From contig OZ241744.1 of NCBI GenBank assembly GCA_965200965.1, positions 320,001-384,000 on the forward strand: a DNA stretch of 64,000 nt, given 5' to 3'. Made by a program: the position numbers and the translations under genes. The stretch's first letter is position 1; every line of letters begins with the position of its first letter. Positions 28,806-38,232 of this stretch are shown here, in pieces. Source of the DNA: an uncultured Candidatus Binatia bacterium. GTDB taxonomy: Bacteria; Desulfobacterota; Binatia; Bin18. Under the pieces are notes generated by a model that did no database searches, was not told the DNA's origin, and worked only from the letters and a program-made list of their open reading frames with translations.

Positions 28806-29759
28806 GTGAAAAACCCCACAGTTGTTGTTGGCCTGGTTCTCAGCCTGGCATGTGGCTATGCTGCCGTCCGGGGGGTGGAGTGGCCCCCCGTTCTGGCGGC
28901 GATGGGGCGCATCAATCCGCTCGCGCTGCTTGTACCGACCGCCTGGTACAGCCTGTTTTTTGTGTTGCGGGCCTATCGCTGGCAGCGCTTTGTCGCTCCG
29001 CTGGAGCCTCTGCCGGTCGGCCCTTTCTTGTCGGCCACGCTGATCGGCTTTATGGCCAACAATGTCCTGCCCTTGCGCCTCGGCGAACTCATCCGCGGCT
29101 ATGCCCTGTCCCGCCTCACCCCGGTGCGGCTCAGCACTGCTCTGGCCACCGCTGTTCTGGAGCGCGTCTGGGATGTTTTTGTGGTTGCGCTCCTGCTGGT
29201 GTGGGTCCTGCCCCGCTTTCCGCTGCCGGAAGGGCTGGTCCGGGCCAATACGCTCCTGCTGGCCCTGGGCGTCGGCTGTCTGGTCGCAGGCTGGTGGGGG
29301 GTCCGGTACGCCGGCAGCCTGCGGCTGGCCTGGCTGCCCGAGCGGCTGGCCGGCCTGGTACGGCATGGTGTTGACGGGCTGCGCGCACTCCAGCATGTCT
29401 CGCTGCTGGTCCACACGGTCGCCCTGTCCCTGGCGATGTGGCTGAGCGTTGCCGGCTACTACTGGCTGTTGTTGTGGGCGTGTGGGATGGACCTGCCCCT
29501 TGAGGCCGGCCTGGTGGTGATGCTGGTGGTCGCGGTTGGGGTCGCGTTGCCGGCCGCCCCGGGCTTTGTCGGCACCTTTCAGTATGCGGTCGTGTTTGCC
29601 CTGTCGTTGTTTGCCGTTCCGCAAGAAGCAGCGCTGAGCTTCTCCATTATTGCCCACCTAGCCCAACTCCTGCCAGTTATTCTCGCCGGCTTCATTGCCC
29701 TGCTGGGATCGGGCCTGCCTCTGTGGCCGACCCGTTTGCTGCCGGCGAAAGACGGCTGA
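28806..29759 (+). CDS. Lysylphosphatidylglycerol synthase TM-domain (UPF0104) flippase-like protein
   Basis: LRAYRWQ, IGFMANNVLPLRLGELIR, LERVWD, PAAPGFVGTFQ. Confidence 0.88.
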   Translation: MKNPTVVVGLVLSLACGYAAVRGVEWPPVLAAMGRINPLALLVPTAWYSLFFVLRAYRWQRFVAPLEPLPVGPFLSATLIGFMANNVLPLRLGELIRGYALSRLTPVRLSTALATAVLERVWDVFVVALLLVWVLPRFPLPEGLVRANTLLLALGVGCLVAGWWGVRYAGSLRLAWLPERLAGLVRHGVDGLRALQHVSLLVHTVALSLAMWLSVAGYYWLLLWACGMDLPLEAGLVVMLVVAVGVALPAAPGFVGTFQYAVVFALSLFAVPQEAALSFSIIAHLAQLLPVILAGFIALLGSGLPLWPTRLLPAKDG

Positions 29760-31293
29760 GACGCATATCCACCACCAGACTGCCCGGCGGCGGTTTGATG
29801 GGTGCCTCGGCAGCGACCGATGTGATCGGCAGGTGGGCAGAGTCCGGTGCCAACTCCCGCAGCAACAGGGAGACCATAGCCGGAGGATTCCAGTCTGGGA
29901 AGGAAGAGGGCAGCCCGAACTCATAGCGCGCCGGCGGCGCGAGCGTATCCTGCCATCTGGGACGGACCACATAGATGCTGCCCGCCTGCGCCAGATTCCC
30001 CTGCATCAGTTGGGAGCCCATGAACCCCAACTCCCGGACCTGTGGTGTCACAACGGAGGTCTGCACCTGCCAGGTTGCCAGCAGCGCACACACGCTCGCC
30101 ACCCCTCCCGCTGCGGCATTTGCCCAGACCGGGGACAAGGTGCATCGTTTTGCCTTCCTCCCGACCGGATACGACGATTCACCCTTGGAATGCCGCCACC
30201 GCAAAGCATAGCCCCGCAAGGCCAGAAACGCATACACGATAACAAGAGCTGTGAGGCTCAGCAGGCTCCGATACGAGGCCCAGTTCTCCGCGACCACCAG
30301 GTTTGGCGCGTAGCTCAGCGGCAGGAGTGCCCCAGCCAGACCCAGTTTTCCACAGCGCTCTCTCCAGGTCCCCCGAAAATACAGCAGTAGCCCACTGGGG
30401 ATGAGGCCAGCCATAGCCCAGGCGATGCCCACATCCACACTCCGGTGCAAAGGCGAAGGAGCAGACCCCTGTCCTGACAAGATCCAGTACCCAGGGGACA
30501 GCAGAACGAAGTGCAGCGCGTTGGGCAGGGCTTTACCGCAAAACCAGACGACTTTGGCAGGGATATCCTGAACGAGGCCGGTCCGCGCGGGATAGCCCGG
30601 ATAGACGACTGCGGCCAGTGCATACACGCCAAACCCCAACAGCAGCCCAGCCATGCCAATCAGCAAGTAGAGCCGCAAGCGACGGAGCATATCACCCAGC
30701 GGTGTGTCCGGTTTCAAGACAACGATCGCGGCACAAACCCAGAAAAACATGGCTGCGGTCTGATGGAGGGTGAGGGCGGCAAGCAGGACCAGGACCGAGC
30801 CGGCCGCAAGCAGCCATTGCCGTGCGCGCCGGCGTGTTGCGAATGCCCTCTCGCCCAGCAGGAAGGCAAGCCCCGAGACGAGCGCGGCAAAGGGATAGAG
30901 TGCCACGCTCGCCCAGGCCGCGCAGACTTGAAATGGCAGGCTGCTCCCGATAATCACGCCCACGCAAAAAGCCTGAAACCTGCTCCAGCCGCTGCGGGTG
31001 AGTATCAGGAACACGAGCCAAGCCACCAGTCCGATGCCAACAACCCCCACGAAGCGGGCATAGCGCAGGTCCTCAATATGCGTTGCCGACTGTAAGAAGA
31101 GCCGGGTAGCCAGGGCGTAGAGCGGGCGGCCCTCTCGCATCTTCTTTGTTATTGACCATCCATGTGGCCCGCCGGCCAGATCGTGATAATCATCAAGGAA
31201 GGCATAATCCGTATGCAGCACCGGACTGTAGACCGTCAAGAAAACGGCCAGAAAGAGGCCCAGGGCGGCCCAGTTTGCAACCCGCGCTTTCAT
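29692..31293 (-). CDS. Polytopic membrane glycosyltransferase-like protein (GtrII/GT-C-like)
   Basis: N-terminal DYAFLDDY..EGRPLY motif, more than 10 TM segments, ENWASYRS; divergent from a GT2 gene. Confidence 0.6.
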   Translation of the reverse strand: MKARVANWAALGLFLAVFLTVYSPVLHTDYAFLDDYHDLAGGPHGWSITKKMREGRPLYALATRLFLQSATHIEDLRYARFVGVVGIGLVAWLVFLILTRSGWSRFQAFCVGVIIGSSLPFQVCAAWASVALYPFAALVSGLAFLLGERAFATRRRARQWLLAAGSVLVLLAALTLHQTAAMFFWVCAAIVVLKPDTPLGDMLRRLRLYLLIGMAGLLLGFGVYALAAVVYPGYPARTGLVQDIPAKVVWFCGKALPNALHFVLLSPGYWILSGQGSAPSPLHRSVDVGIAWAMAGLIPSGLLLYFRGTWRERCGKLGLAGALLPLSYAPNLVVAENWASYRSLLSLTALVIVYAFLALRGYALRWRHSKGESSYPVGRKAKRCTLSPVWANAAAGGVASVCALLATWQVQTSVVTPQVRELGFMGSQLMQGNLAQAGSIYVVRPRWQDTLAPPARYEFGLPSSFPDWNPPAMVSLLLRELAPDSAHLPITSVAAEAPIKPPPGSLVVDMRLSRLSPAANGSATEAGPIPAGQ

Positions 31294-31375
31294 AGAGGGC
31301 CGGCAAGCTAAACAGGTATGGTGCCACTTTGAAAATGGGGCTGAACTTGGGGCGGATTGATGGTATGGAAGGACA

Positions 31376-32134
31376 ATGCCACTCAGCCTTGACATCGTCC
31401 TTCCCTGCCTCAACGAAGCACACAGCCTGCCCCGAAGCGTCCCGCGGCTGCACACCTTTCTGTCAGCACACATGTCTGCTTACGAGTGGAGCATTGTCAT
31501 TGCTGACAACGGCTCTACCGACGGCACGCGTGCCGCCGCCGCGACGCTGACCGAAGAACTCCCGGCTGTACGCACGATACACTTGGCGCAGCGGGGCCGC
31601 GGGCGTGCGCTGCGCCAGGCGTTTGTGGAAAGCCAAGCCGATATCGTCTCTTATATGGATGTTGATCTGTCTACTGATCTGGACCATCTGCCGACGCTGG
31701 TGGAGGCAATTGCGGACGAGGGATACGATATTGCCACTGGCTCACGGCTCTTGCCCGAGTCGCAGGTCAGGGGCCGCTCGCTCGTCCGCGAGATCACGTC
31801 ACGGACCTACAGCCTGCTGTTCCGCGTGATGTTCTGGACGCCGTTTCGAGATGCCCAGTGTGGCTTCAAAGCCATGAGCCGTGGCGTGGCCAACGAGTTG
31901 GTCCCGCTGCTGCGAGACAACGGCTGGTTTTTCGACTCCGAGTTGCTCATTCTGGCTCAGAAGTGTGGCTACCGGATATGTGAGTTGCCGGTGAACTGGA
32001 CAGACGACCCGGACAGCCGGGTTCACGTCCTGCGCACGGCCTGGGAGAATGTGAAGGGTCTGTTCCGTCTCAAGTTCGGCGGTGTAGAAAAGGCCCGCCG
32101 GCAACTGCGCGCCGTCGGCAGGGCCCAGATGTGA
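31376..32134 (+). CDS. GT2 polyprenol-phosphate glycosyltransferase (DPG/DPM synthase-like)
   Basis: VLPCLNEA, ADNGSTDGT, GRGRALR, YMDVDLSTD, DAQCGFKA, WFFDSELL. Confidence 0.9.
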   Translation: MPLSLDIVLPCLNEAHSLPRSVPRLHTFLSAHMSAYEWSIVIADNGSTDGTRAAAATLTEELPAVRTIHLAQRGRGRALRQAFVESQADIVSYMDVDLSTDLDHLPTLVEAIADEGYDIATGSRLLPESQVRGRSLVREITSRTYSLLFRVMFWTPFRDAQCGFKAMSRGVANELVPLLRDNGWFFDSELLILAQKCGYRICELPVNWTDDPDSRVHVLRTAWENVKGLFRLKFGGVEKARRQLRAVGRAQM

Positions 32135-33576
32135 CCCTCTTCCATCAAGCACATCGTGATGTGCCGCTCTTGTGGCTGGGAGTCGGATCAGGCGTACTGT
32201 ATGGCGTACTGACCCGGCTGAGCTACGCTTTCGTCTATGGGCAGGGGCATCTTGAGCGTCCCATTCTTCTCTTTGTGGCGGTCTACGCCGGCATATTTGT
32301 CTGCTATTGCCTGGCTGTCTGTCTGCTGCTGAGTTGTCCCGGCCAGCAGGCAGCGGGCCGGACGGTCTGGCTGATCGTGGGCTTTGGGCTGCTCTTTCGC
32401 GTAACCCTGTTCTTCTCTCAGCCGATTCAGGAGGACGACTTCTACCGCTATCTGTGGGATGGCGCGGTCGTTGCCGAGGGCCTGAATCCCTACCAGTTCG
32501 CCCCGCTCAGCGTCCGGCAGCCGGCGGACCCGGCCGGGACATCCCTCCAAGCCTTTGTCCGGCTCGCCGAGCAAGATGCCCGGCTGGCGTTTGTGCTGGC
32601 CCGGGTTAATCATCCCCATATTCCGACCATCTATCCGCCCCTGGCTCAGGTCGTCTTTGGCCTCACCGCCTGGGTAGCGCCCGGCAGTGTGAGCGCCCTG
32701 CGGCTGGTCTTTCTGGCGTGTGATCTCGGTCTGTGCGGCGTGCTGCTGGTGTTGCTGCGGCATCTGGCGCTCAGCCCGCTGCTCTTGGTGGTGTACGCCT
32801 GGTCCCCGCTGGTCATTAAAGAAACCATGAACTCAACCCACTATGATGTGGTGCCGACCTTCTGCCTGGTCCTGGCCGTGGCCCTGATGGTCAAGGGCCG
32901 GGGCGTGCTGGCCCAGCTCAGCTTGGCCGCCGCGGCGCTGGCCAAGCTGTATCCCCTGCTGCTCGTGCCGGCCTTCTTCGCCCGCATGTGGAAAGTCCAC
33001 GGTCAGGCTCACGCCCTGCTTGGCCTGTCCGTAGCCGGGGCAGCCCTCATTGTCGGCTACGCCCCGTTTTGGCAGGTCGGCGGGGCGCTGTGGACAGGAA
33101 CCCGCACCTTTGTTGAGCAGTGGCAGGCCAATAGCCTGATCTTTCCCGGTCTTGTGGCGGCGATGGGTGAACGCTGGCTGGCAAACGGCCTGGTCCTTGC
33201 CGTGCTGGCCTGGGCCGTGCTCCTGCTCAGTACGCGGTCACAGATGGAGGACGATCGGCAGTTTGTGGGCGGCAGTGGGCTGCTCTTGGGCGTACTGTTC
33301 CTGCTCAGCCCGGTTGGCAATCCGTGGTACTTTGTCTGTCTGGTCCCCTTTCTGACCGTGTTTCCCCGCCGCTCGGGGCTGCTCCTGTCCGGTTTGCTGT
33401 GCCTGTATTATGTGTCATTCTACTACCGCTACCGGGGCCGGCTGGAGACTTGGCATATCTGGCTGGAATATGTCCCGTTCTATGGGCTGCTGGCCTGGGA
33501 ATGGTGGCGCGGGGAGTACGCCGCCGCCGGCAGGTGGAGACCAGCCCGAGACCCTGCAACGGAGCTCAGCGCCTAG
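32131..33576 (+). CDS. GT87-like (GT-C) membrane glycosyltransferase
   Basis: EDDFYRYLWDG..GLNPY, TIYPPLAQ, YAWSPLVIKE..HYD, NPWY; multi-TM; GTGA overlap. Confidence 0.82.
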   Translation: MTLFHQAHRDVPLLWLGVGSGVLYGVLTRLSYAFVYGQGHLERPILLFVAVYAGIFVCYCLAVCLLLSCPGQQAAGRTVWLIVGFGLLFRVTLFFSQPIQEDDFYRYLWDGAVVAEGLNPYQFAPLSVRQPADPAGTSLQAFVRLAEQDARLAFVLARVNHPHIPTIYPPLAQVVFGLTAWVAPGSVSALRLVFLACDLGLCGVLLVLLRHLALSPLLLVVYAWSPLVIKETMNSTHYDVVPTFCLVLAVALMVKGRGVLAQLSLAAAALAKLYPLLLVPAFFARMWKVHGQAHALLGLSVAGAALIVGYAPFWQVGGALWTGTRTFVEQWQANSLIFPGLVAAMGERWLANGLVLAVLAWAVLLLSTRSQMEDDRQFVGGSGLLLGVLFLLSPVGNPWYFVCLVPFLTVFPRRSGLLLSGLLCLYYVSFYYRYRGRLETWHIWLEYVPFYGLLAWEWWRGEYAAAGRWRPARDPATELSA

Positions 33577-33583
33577 GCTTTCC

Positions 33584-34261
33584 ATGGGACGGACTCTGCA
33601 TATCTTGGGGCCGGCCGGAGTGCTGGCCTGTCTTGTGCTCTGTGTTGCCGGCGGGAGCCGGGCGGCTGAGCCGCCGAACCGGACAAGCCCGCTGCGCGTT
33701 GGCGGGGAGCGGGTGCAGGTCTTTGGCTGGATTTTTCCCCAGCGCTTTAATGCCGCTCACGGACCTCAGGCCGGCTATCACTTCCTGGTGTGGCAGAACG
33801 GCACATCGCCCCACGCCCTGATCCACACCCCGGTTGATGCTCTCGACTTCCACGCCGCGCTGCTGCAGCTGGGCGCACAGCCGGGCCGGCGGCTGCCACT
33901 GGCCGCCTGGAGCGGCCGGCCTGAGCATCCGGCCTCGCACCAGACCGTGACCGGCAGCCGGCTCGCCATTCGGGTCTCCTGGCCGGACAATCCCGCCGGC
34001 ATTACGCTCGATCAGGTCTTCACCCGCGGGCCTCTCAGCCTGCGCTTTGGCGGCAACCGGGACCGCTGGTTCAACCGCATCCCTTTCGCCCCCCGTCCGG
34101 GCTGCCTGGTCTGCCTGTACAGCTGCCCGAGCGGTAAGGTGAGCAATGGGGCGCTGAGTATTGCCGACTACATGGGCAGCCCAGCACGATTCAGGGCCGA
34201 TAGCGGCCGGCTCCCGCCCGATGGCACGCCGGTTGTGGTCAGCTTTGCCCTCCAGTCCTGA
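33584..34261 (+). CDS. YdjY-like secreted protein with CxxCxxxC motif
   Basis: Signal peptide; YHFLVW..G, ALLQLGAQPG, RFGGN, GCLVCLYSCPSGKVSN. Confidence 0.7.
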   Translation: MGRTLHILGPAGVLACLVLCVAGGSRAAEPPNRTSPLRVGGERVQVFGWIFPQRFNAAHGPQAGYHFLVWQNGTSPHALIHTPVDALDFHAALLQLGAQPGRRLPLAAWSGRPEHPASHQTVTGSRLAIRVSWPDNPAGITLDQVFTRGPLSLRFGGNRDRWFNRIPFAPRPGCLVCLYSCPSGKVSNGALSIADYMGSPARFRADSGRLPPDGTPVVVSFALQS

Positions 34262-34264
34262 GCC

Positions 34265-34966
34265 ATGCCCGACCCGTTCCCCCGCCTTGCGGTCATCATT
34301 CCGGCCCTCAATGAGGAGCGTGCCTTGCCGCGTGTGCTGGCCGACCTGCCGCGCGACAGGCTTGAAGAGATTGTGGTCGTTGACAACGGCTCATCGGACA
34401 GGACAGCCGCGGTCGCCCGCGCCGGCGGGGCAAACGTGTTGCGCGAGGCGCGCCGCGGCTATGGCTGGGCGTGCCTGGCCGGCATTGCCCACCTCAGGGC
34501 CAGCCAGCCGGACATTGTGGTCTTTGTGGACGCCGATTACAGCGACCATCCAGATGAACTGCCCACTCTTATCGCCCCGATTGTCTCGGGCGAGTACGAT
34601 ATGGTGATTGGCTCGCGTACCAGGGGCGGGGCACAGCCCGGTGCCCTGCTGCCGCACGCCCGTTTTGGCAATAGCCTGGCCACCTTGTTGATACGGCTGC
34701 TGTACGGCTTTCGGTATACCGACCTGGGGCCTTTTCGGGCACTCCGTTTTCGCTCCCTGCTCGAGCTGGGCATGATGGACCGCAGCTATGGCTGGACGGT
34801 TGAGATGCAGATCAAAGCCATTCAGCACGGACTGCGGATTACCGAGGTCCCGGTGCGCTACCGCCGGCGTATTGGCGTCTCAAAGGTCAGCGGCACGCTG
34901 AAAGGTACGCTGCTGGCCGGCTCTGCCATTCTGTGGACGGTGTTTCGCTACGCCTGGAGGCGCTGA
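34265..34966 (+). CDS. Glycosyltransferase family 2
   Basis: IIPALNEE, VDNGSSDRT, RGYGWACLAG, DADYSD, TDLGPFRA, YGWTVEMQIKA. Confidence 0.9.
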   Translation: MPDPFPRLAVIIPALNEERALPRVLADLPRDRLEEIVVVDNGSSDRTAAVARAGGANVLREARRGYGWACLAGIAHLRASQPDIVVFVDADYSDHPDELPTLIAPIVSGEYDMVIGSRTRGGAQPGALLPHARFGNSLATLLIRLLYGFRYTDLGPFRALRFRSLLELGMMDRSYGWTVEMQIKAIQHGLRITEVPVRYRRRIGVSKVSGTLKGTLLAGSAILWTVFRYAWRR

Positions 34967-35283
34967 TGGCCGAGACGGAATGGAATCTGGGCTTTGCCTA
35001 TGCCGAGGTCGTGACCCGGCTGGAAAAAATGCTGGAGCGTCGGCAACTCGCCTATTGTCGCCAGACAAGCGATACTGAGGTCCGCTTTGAGGTCACACTG
35101 CCGCCCGGTCGGGGCCGGGCTGAGTTGGTCGCCCGTCCGCTCGCGGCCCCGGGCCGGCCGGCCCTGCTCCAGGCTGTCCGCCAGCGGACCCTGCTGAGCA
35201 TCCGCTTTGAGGAGCTTGAGCGGCAACAGCGGTACGCCTTTATGCAGGACCTGGGCCTGGCCTTTCTGCGGGTTGGGGGCTGA
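34966..35283 (+). CDS. Hypothetical protein (~105 aa)
   Basis: TGATG coupling at both ends; ends FLRVGG. Confidence 0.65.
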   Translation: MAETEWNLGFAYAEVVTRLEKMLERRQLAYCRQTSDTEVRFEVTLPPGRGRAELVARPLAAPGRPALLQAVRQRTLLSIRFEELERQQRYAFMQDLGLAFLRVGG

Positions 35284-35960
35284 TGGACATCTCGGTCATC
35301 ATCCCCACCCTGAATGAGGCGACGACGATTGCCGCCACCCTGGGCCGTGTGCGCGACAGTGGGGCGTGTGAGCTCATTGTGGTTGACGGCGGCAGCGGTG
35401 ACGGCACCCCAGAGTTGGCCCGGCCTCAGGCCGACCTGGTGCTGTCGGCCGGCCGGGGACGGGCCAGACAGATGAATGTCGGGGCCAGGGCGGCGGGCGG
35501 TCAGGTGTTGCTGTTTCTGCATGCCGATACGCTGTTGCCGCCCGACTTTCCGGCGCTGCTTGAACACGCTCTGCGTGACCCCCAGGTCGTGGGCGGCCGC
35601 TTTGATATCCGGCTCGACGCCGAGGGCTGGCCGCTTCGGATGGTGGAGACGCTGGTGAATATCCGATCTCGGCTGTCGCGGATTGCGACCGGCGATCAGG
35701 CGATTTTTGTCCGCCGGCAGACCTTCCTGGAACTGGGCGGCTATCGTGAGATCGAGCTGATGGAAGACCTGGAGCTGAGCTATCGGCTCAAGCGGCGGGG
35801 CAAGCTGACCTGCCTGCGCGAGCGGGTTGTAACCTCGGCCCGACGCTGGCAGCGGGACGGTATTGCCCGGACCATCGTGCTGATGTGGGCACTGCGCCTG
35901 CTGTATTGGGTCGGCGTGCCGCCGAAGCATCTGAAGACGTTTTATGCCGATACGCGCTAA
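35283..35960 (+). CDS. TIGR04283-like GT2 (rSAM/arsenosugar-associated glycosyltransferase)
   Basis: ISVIIPTLNEA, GRARQMNVGA, LFLHADTLLP, GDQAIFVRR, LMEDLEL, TSARRW. Confidence 0.85.
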   Translation: MDISVIIPTLNEATTIAATLGRVRDSGACELIVVDGGSGDGTPELARPQADLVLSAGRGRARQMNVGARAAGGQVLLFLHADTLLPPDFPALLEHALRDPQVVGGRFDIRLDAEGWPLRMVETLVNIRSRLSRIATGDQAIFVRRQTFLELGGYREIELMEDLELSYRLKRRGKLTCLRERVVTSARRWQRDGIARTIVLMWALRLLYWVGVPPKHLKTFYADTR

Positions 35961-36017
35961 GGACAGGGAAGGTCCCGGGCCGGCCGGAGGCAAACCGTGT
36001 CCACAGCCTCGGTCGGC

Positions 36018-36941
36018 CTACTCCAGGGAACCCTCGTAGAGAGCCATCACCGTGTCGAGAAACCTGAGCCCGTCCTCTTTTGAGCGTTGGAAGGAGTTGC
36101 GGCCAATAATCGAGCCAAACCCGCCGCCCTCACGGATGGCTCGGACTTCGCCAAAGAACTCCGCGTCGCCTTTGGCCGGGCCGCCCGAGAAGATTACAAT
36201 CCGCTTGCCGCTGAACGCACTCTGGACAACGTGGCGGATACGGTCGGCCAAGCTGTCAATTGGCACATGGTAGCGCTGGTAGGCTTTTTGCGCCTCGGCC
36301 AGCTCGATGTGGGCCGACGGCGGTTTGACCTTGATGATATGCGCCCCGAGCTGGGCCGCGATCTGGGCGGCGTAGGCCACAACGTCAACCGCGGTCTCGC
36401 CGGCTTTGCTGAGGTCGCTGCCGCGCGGATAGGACCACACCACAACGGCCAGCCCCTTGGATTTGGCCTCTTTGGTGATCTCGCGCAACTGCTCATACAT
36501 GGTTTGGGCCGCGGACGAGCCGGGGTAGATGGTAAAACCCACCGCGGCGCAACCCAGCCGCAGGGCGTCATCAACGCTGCTGGTCACCGCGGACAGGGGG
36601 TCTTTTTCGTCGTGTAGCACATCGTGGTTGTTGAGCTTGAGAATGGTGGGAATCCGATCCAGAAATCTGTCTGCGCCGGCTTCAATAAATCCGAGCGGGG
36701 CGGCGTAGGCGTTACAGCCGGCGTCGAGCGCGAGTTGAAAATGGTAGTCGGGATCATAACCGGCCGGATTGGGGGCAAAGCTGCGTGCCGGACCATGCTC
36801 AAAGCCCTGGTCAACCGGCAGGATGACGAGCCGGCCGCTGCCGGCTAAGCGGCCGCTGTTGAGCAGGCGGGCGATATTGGCACGGCTGCCTGGATTGTCA
36901 CCCGCATACCAACTGAGAATTTCACGAACACGTTCGGTCAT
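36018..36941 (-). CDS. fbaB: Class I fructose-bisphosphate aldolase (DhnA/FbaB type)
   Basis: ILPVDQGFEHGP, GFTIYPGS, VWSYPRG, LGAHIIKVK, GSIIGRNSFQR; GGAGG RBS before ATG 36941. Confidence 0.93.
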   Translation of the reverse strand: MTERVREILSWYAGDNPGSRANIARLLNSGRLAGSGRLVILPVDQGFEHGPARSFAPNPAGYDPDYHFQLALDAGCNAYAAPLGFIEAGADRFLDRIPTILKLNNHDVLHDEKDPLSAVTSSVDDALRLGCAAVGFTIYPGSSAAQTMYEQLREITKEAKSKGLAVVVWSYPRGSDLSKAGETAVDVVAYAAQIAAQLGAHIIKVKPPSAHIELAEAQKAYQRYHVPIDSLADRIRHVVQSAFSGKRIVIFSGGPAKGDAEFFGEVRAIREGGGFGSIIGRNSFQRSKEDGLRFLDTVMALYEGSLE

Positions 36942-37069
36942 ACGACTCCCTCCCGTATCTCCCCCGGCTGAGCAGGTGGGGATGCTGCGCGCGGGGGGTG
37001 TGTCATAGTGCGTTGCCATGAAAAAATTGAGCGGCCGTCTGGTGTGAGTGCGGCCGTGGGTCTCCTTGC

Positions 37070-38068
37070 TTACTGGTAAAACGACTCAGCGGTCTGCACA
37101 TCCTGGGTACTGCCGATGATCAGCGGCGTGCGTTGATGGAGGCTGTCGGGCACAATGTCGCGGATGTCCCGGCTGCCATCACTGGCCCGACCGCCGGCCT
37201 GTTCGGCCACAAGCCCGAGCGGGGCGGCTTCGTACATGAGCCGCAGCTTGCCCTTGGCGTTCTTGGGGTCGGCCGGGTACAGGAAGACGCCGCCTTTGAG
37301 CAGGGTGCGGTGAAAGTCGGCAACGAGGGAGCCGATATAGCGGCCCGAGTAGGGCCGCTTGGTGGCGCTGTCGCTCTCTTGCAGATAGTCGATATAGGCG
37401 CGGGTCTGGGGGAACCAGGTGTTGCGCCGGCCCTCGTTAATGCTGTAGGTTGAGCCGCGCTGGGGGATGCGGATATTTTCGTGAGAGAGCAGAAAGTCGC
37501 CAATGCCACGGTCGAGCGTGAAGCCGTGTACGCCCTGGCCGGTGGTGTAGACCAGGGTGGTGCTGGGGCCGTACAGGGCGTAGCCGGCCGCTATCTGGCT
37601 TCGACCGCGCAAATGCAGCGCTTCAATGAGATCGGTGCCTTTTTTGCCCTGGGGGCGGCGGTGGATCGAAAAGATAGAGCCGACGGTTACGTTGACATCC
37701 AGATTTGATGAGCCGTCGAGTGGATCAACAAAAATCACATATTTGCCCCTGTCCTCATTGCCCTGAATCGGGGCCGGCTGTTCCATTTCTTCGGACACGA
37801 CCTCGGATACGAGCTGACCGTTGGCAAAGGCGGCCAGAAAGGCGTCGTTGCTGATCTGGTCAAGCTTTTGCTGGACTTCCCCCTGGATATTGATCTCGCC
37901 AGAGGCACCCAAAATGTCTGCCAGACCGGCCCGGCCAAGCTCCCGGGCAATCGTTTTGGCCGCAAACGCGATTTGCGACAGCAGCATGGAGAACTCTCCG
38001 GTTGCGCCCGGATGCTCGCGCTGCTGCATCAGCAGATAACGGGTCAGTGTAATGCCGGTACTCTCCAT
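37070..38068 (-). CDS. fbp: Class 1 fructose-1,6-bisphosphatase
   Basis: GEVQQKLD, SEE, DPLDGSSN, RYIGSLVADFHR, GKLRLMYE. Confidence 0.95.
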   Translation of the reverse strand: MESTGITLTRYLLMQQREHPGATGEFSMLLSQIAFAAKTIARELGRAGLADILGASGEINIQGEVQQKLDQISNDAFLAAFANGQLVSEVVSEEMEQPAPIQGNEDRGKYVIFVDPLDGSSNLDVNVTVGSIFSIHRRPQGKKGTDLIEALHLRGRSQIAAGYALYGPSTTLVYTTGQGVHGFTLDRGIGDFLLSHENIRIPQRGSTYSINEGRRNTWFPQTRAYIDYLQESDSATKRPYSGRYIGSLVADFHRTLLKGGVFLYPADPKNAKGKLRLMYEAAPLGLVAEQAGGRASDGSRDIRDIVPDSLHQRTPLIIGSTQDVQTAESFYQ

Positions 38069-38232
38069 CGTTGCACCCTCCCGAAAAACTCCCTCTTTCT
38101 CTTAGTGTACTATAGCCGGGCGCGTTGGTCCAAAGGGGGGAGATGAAAACCCCGATGCCGGGTGGGGCCAGTGATGGGGGAAGAGGGCGGCCGGGCCTCT
38201 TCCGGGCTGAAGTTCAGTTCTGGAGCCGGCGC

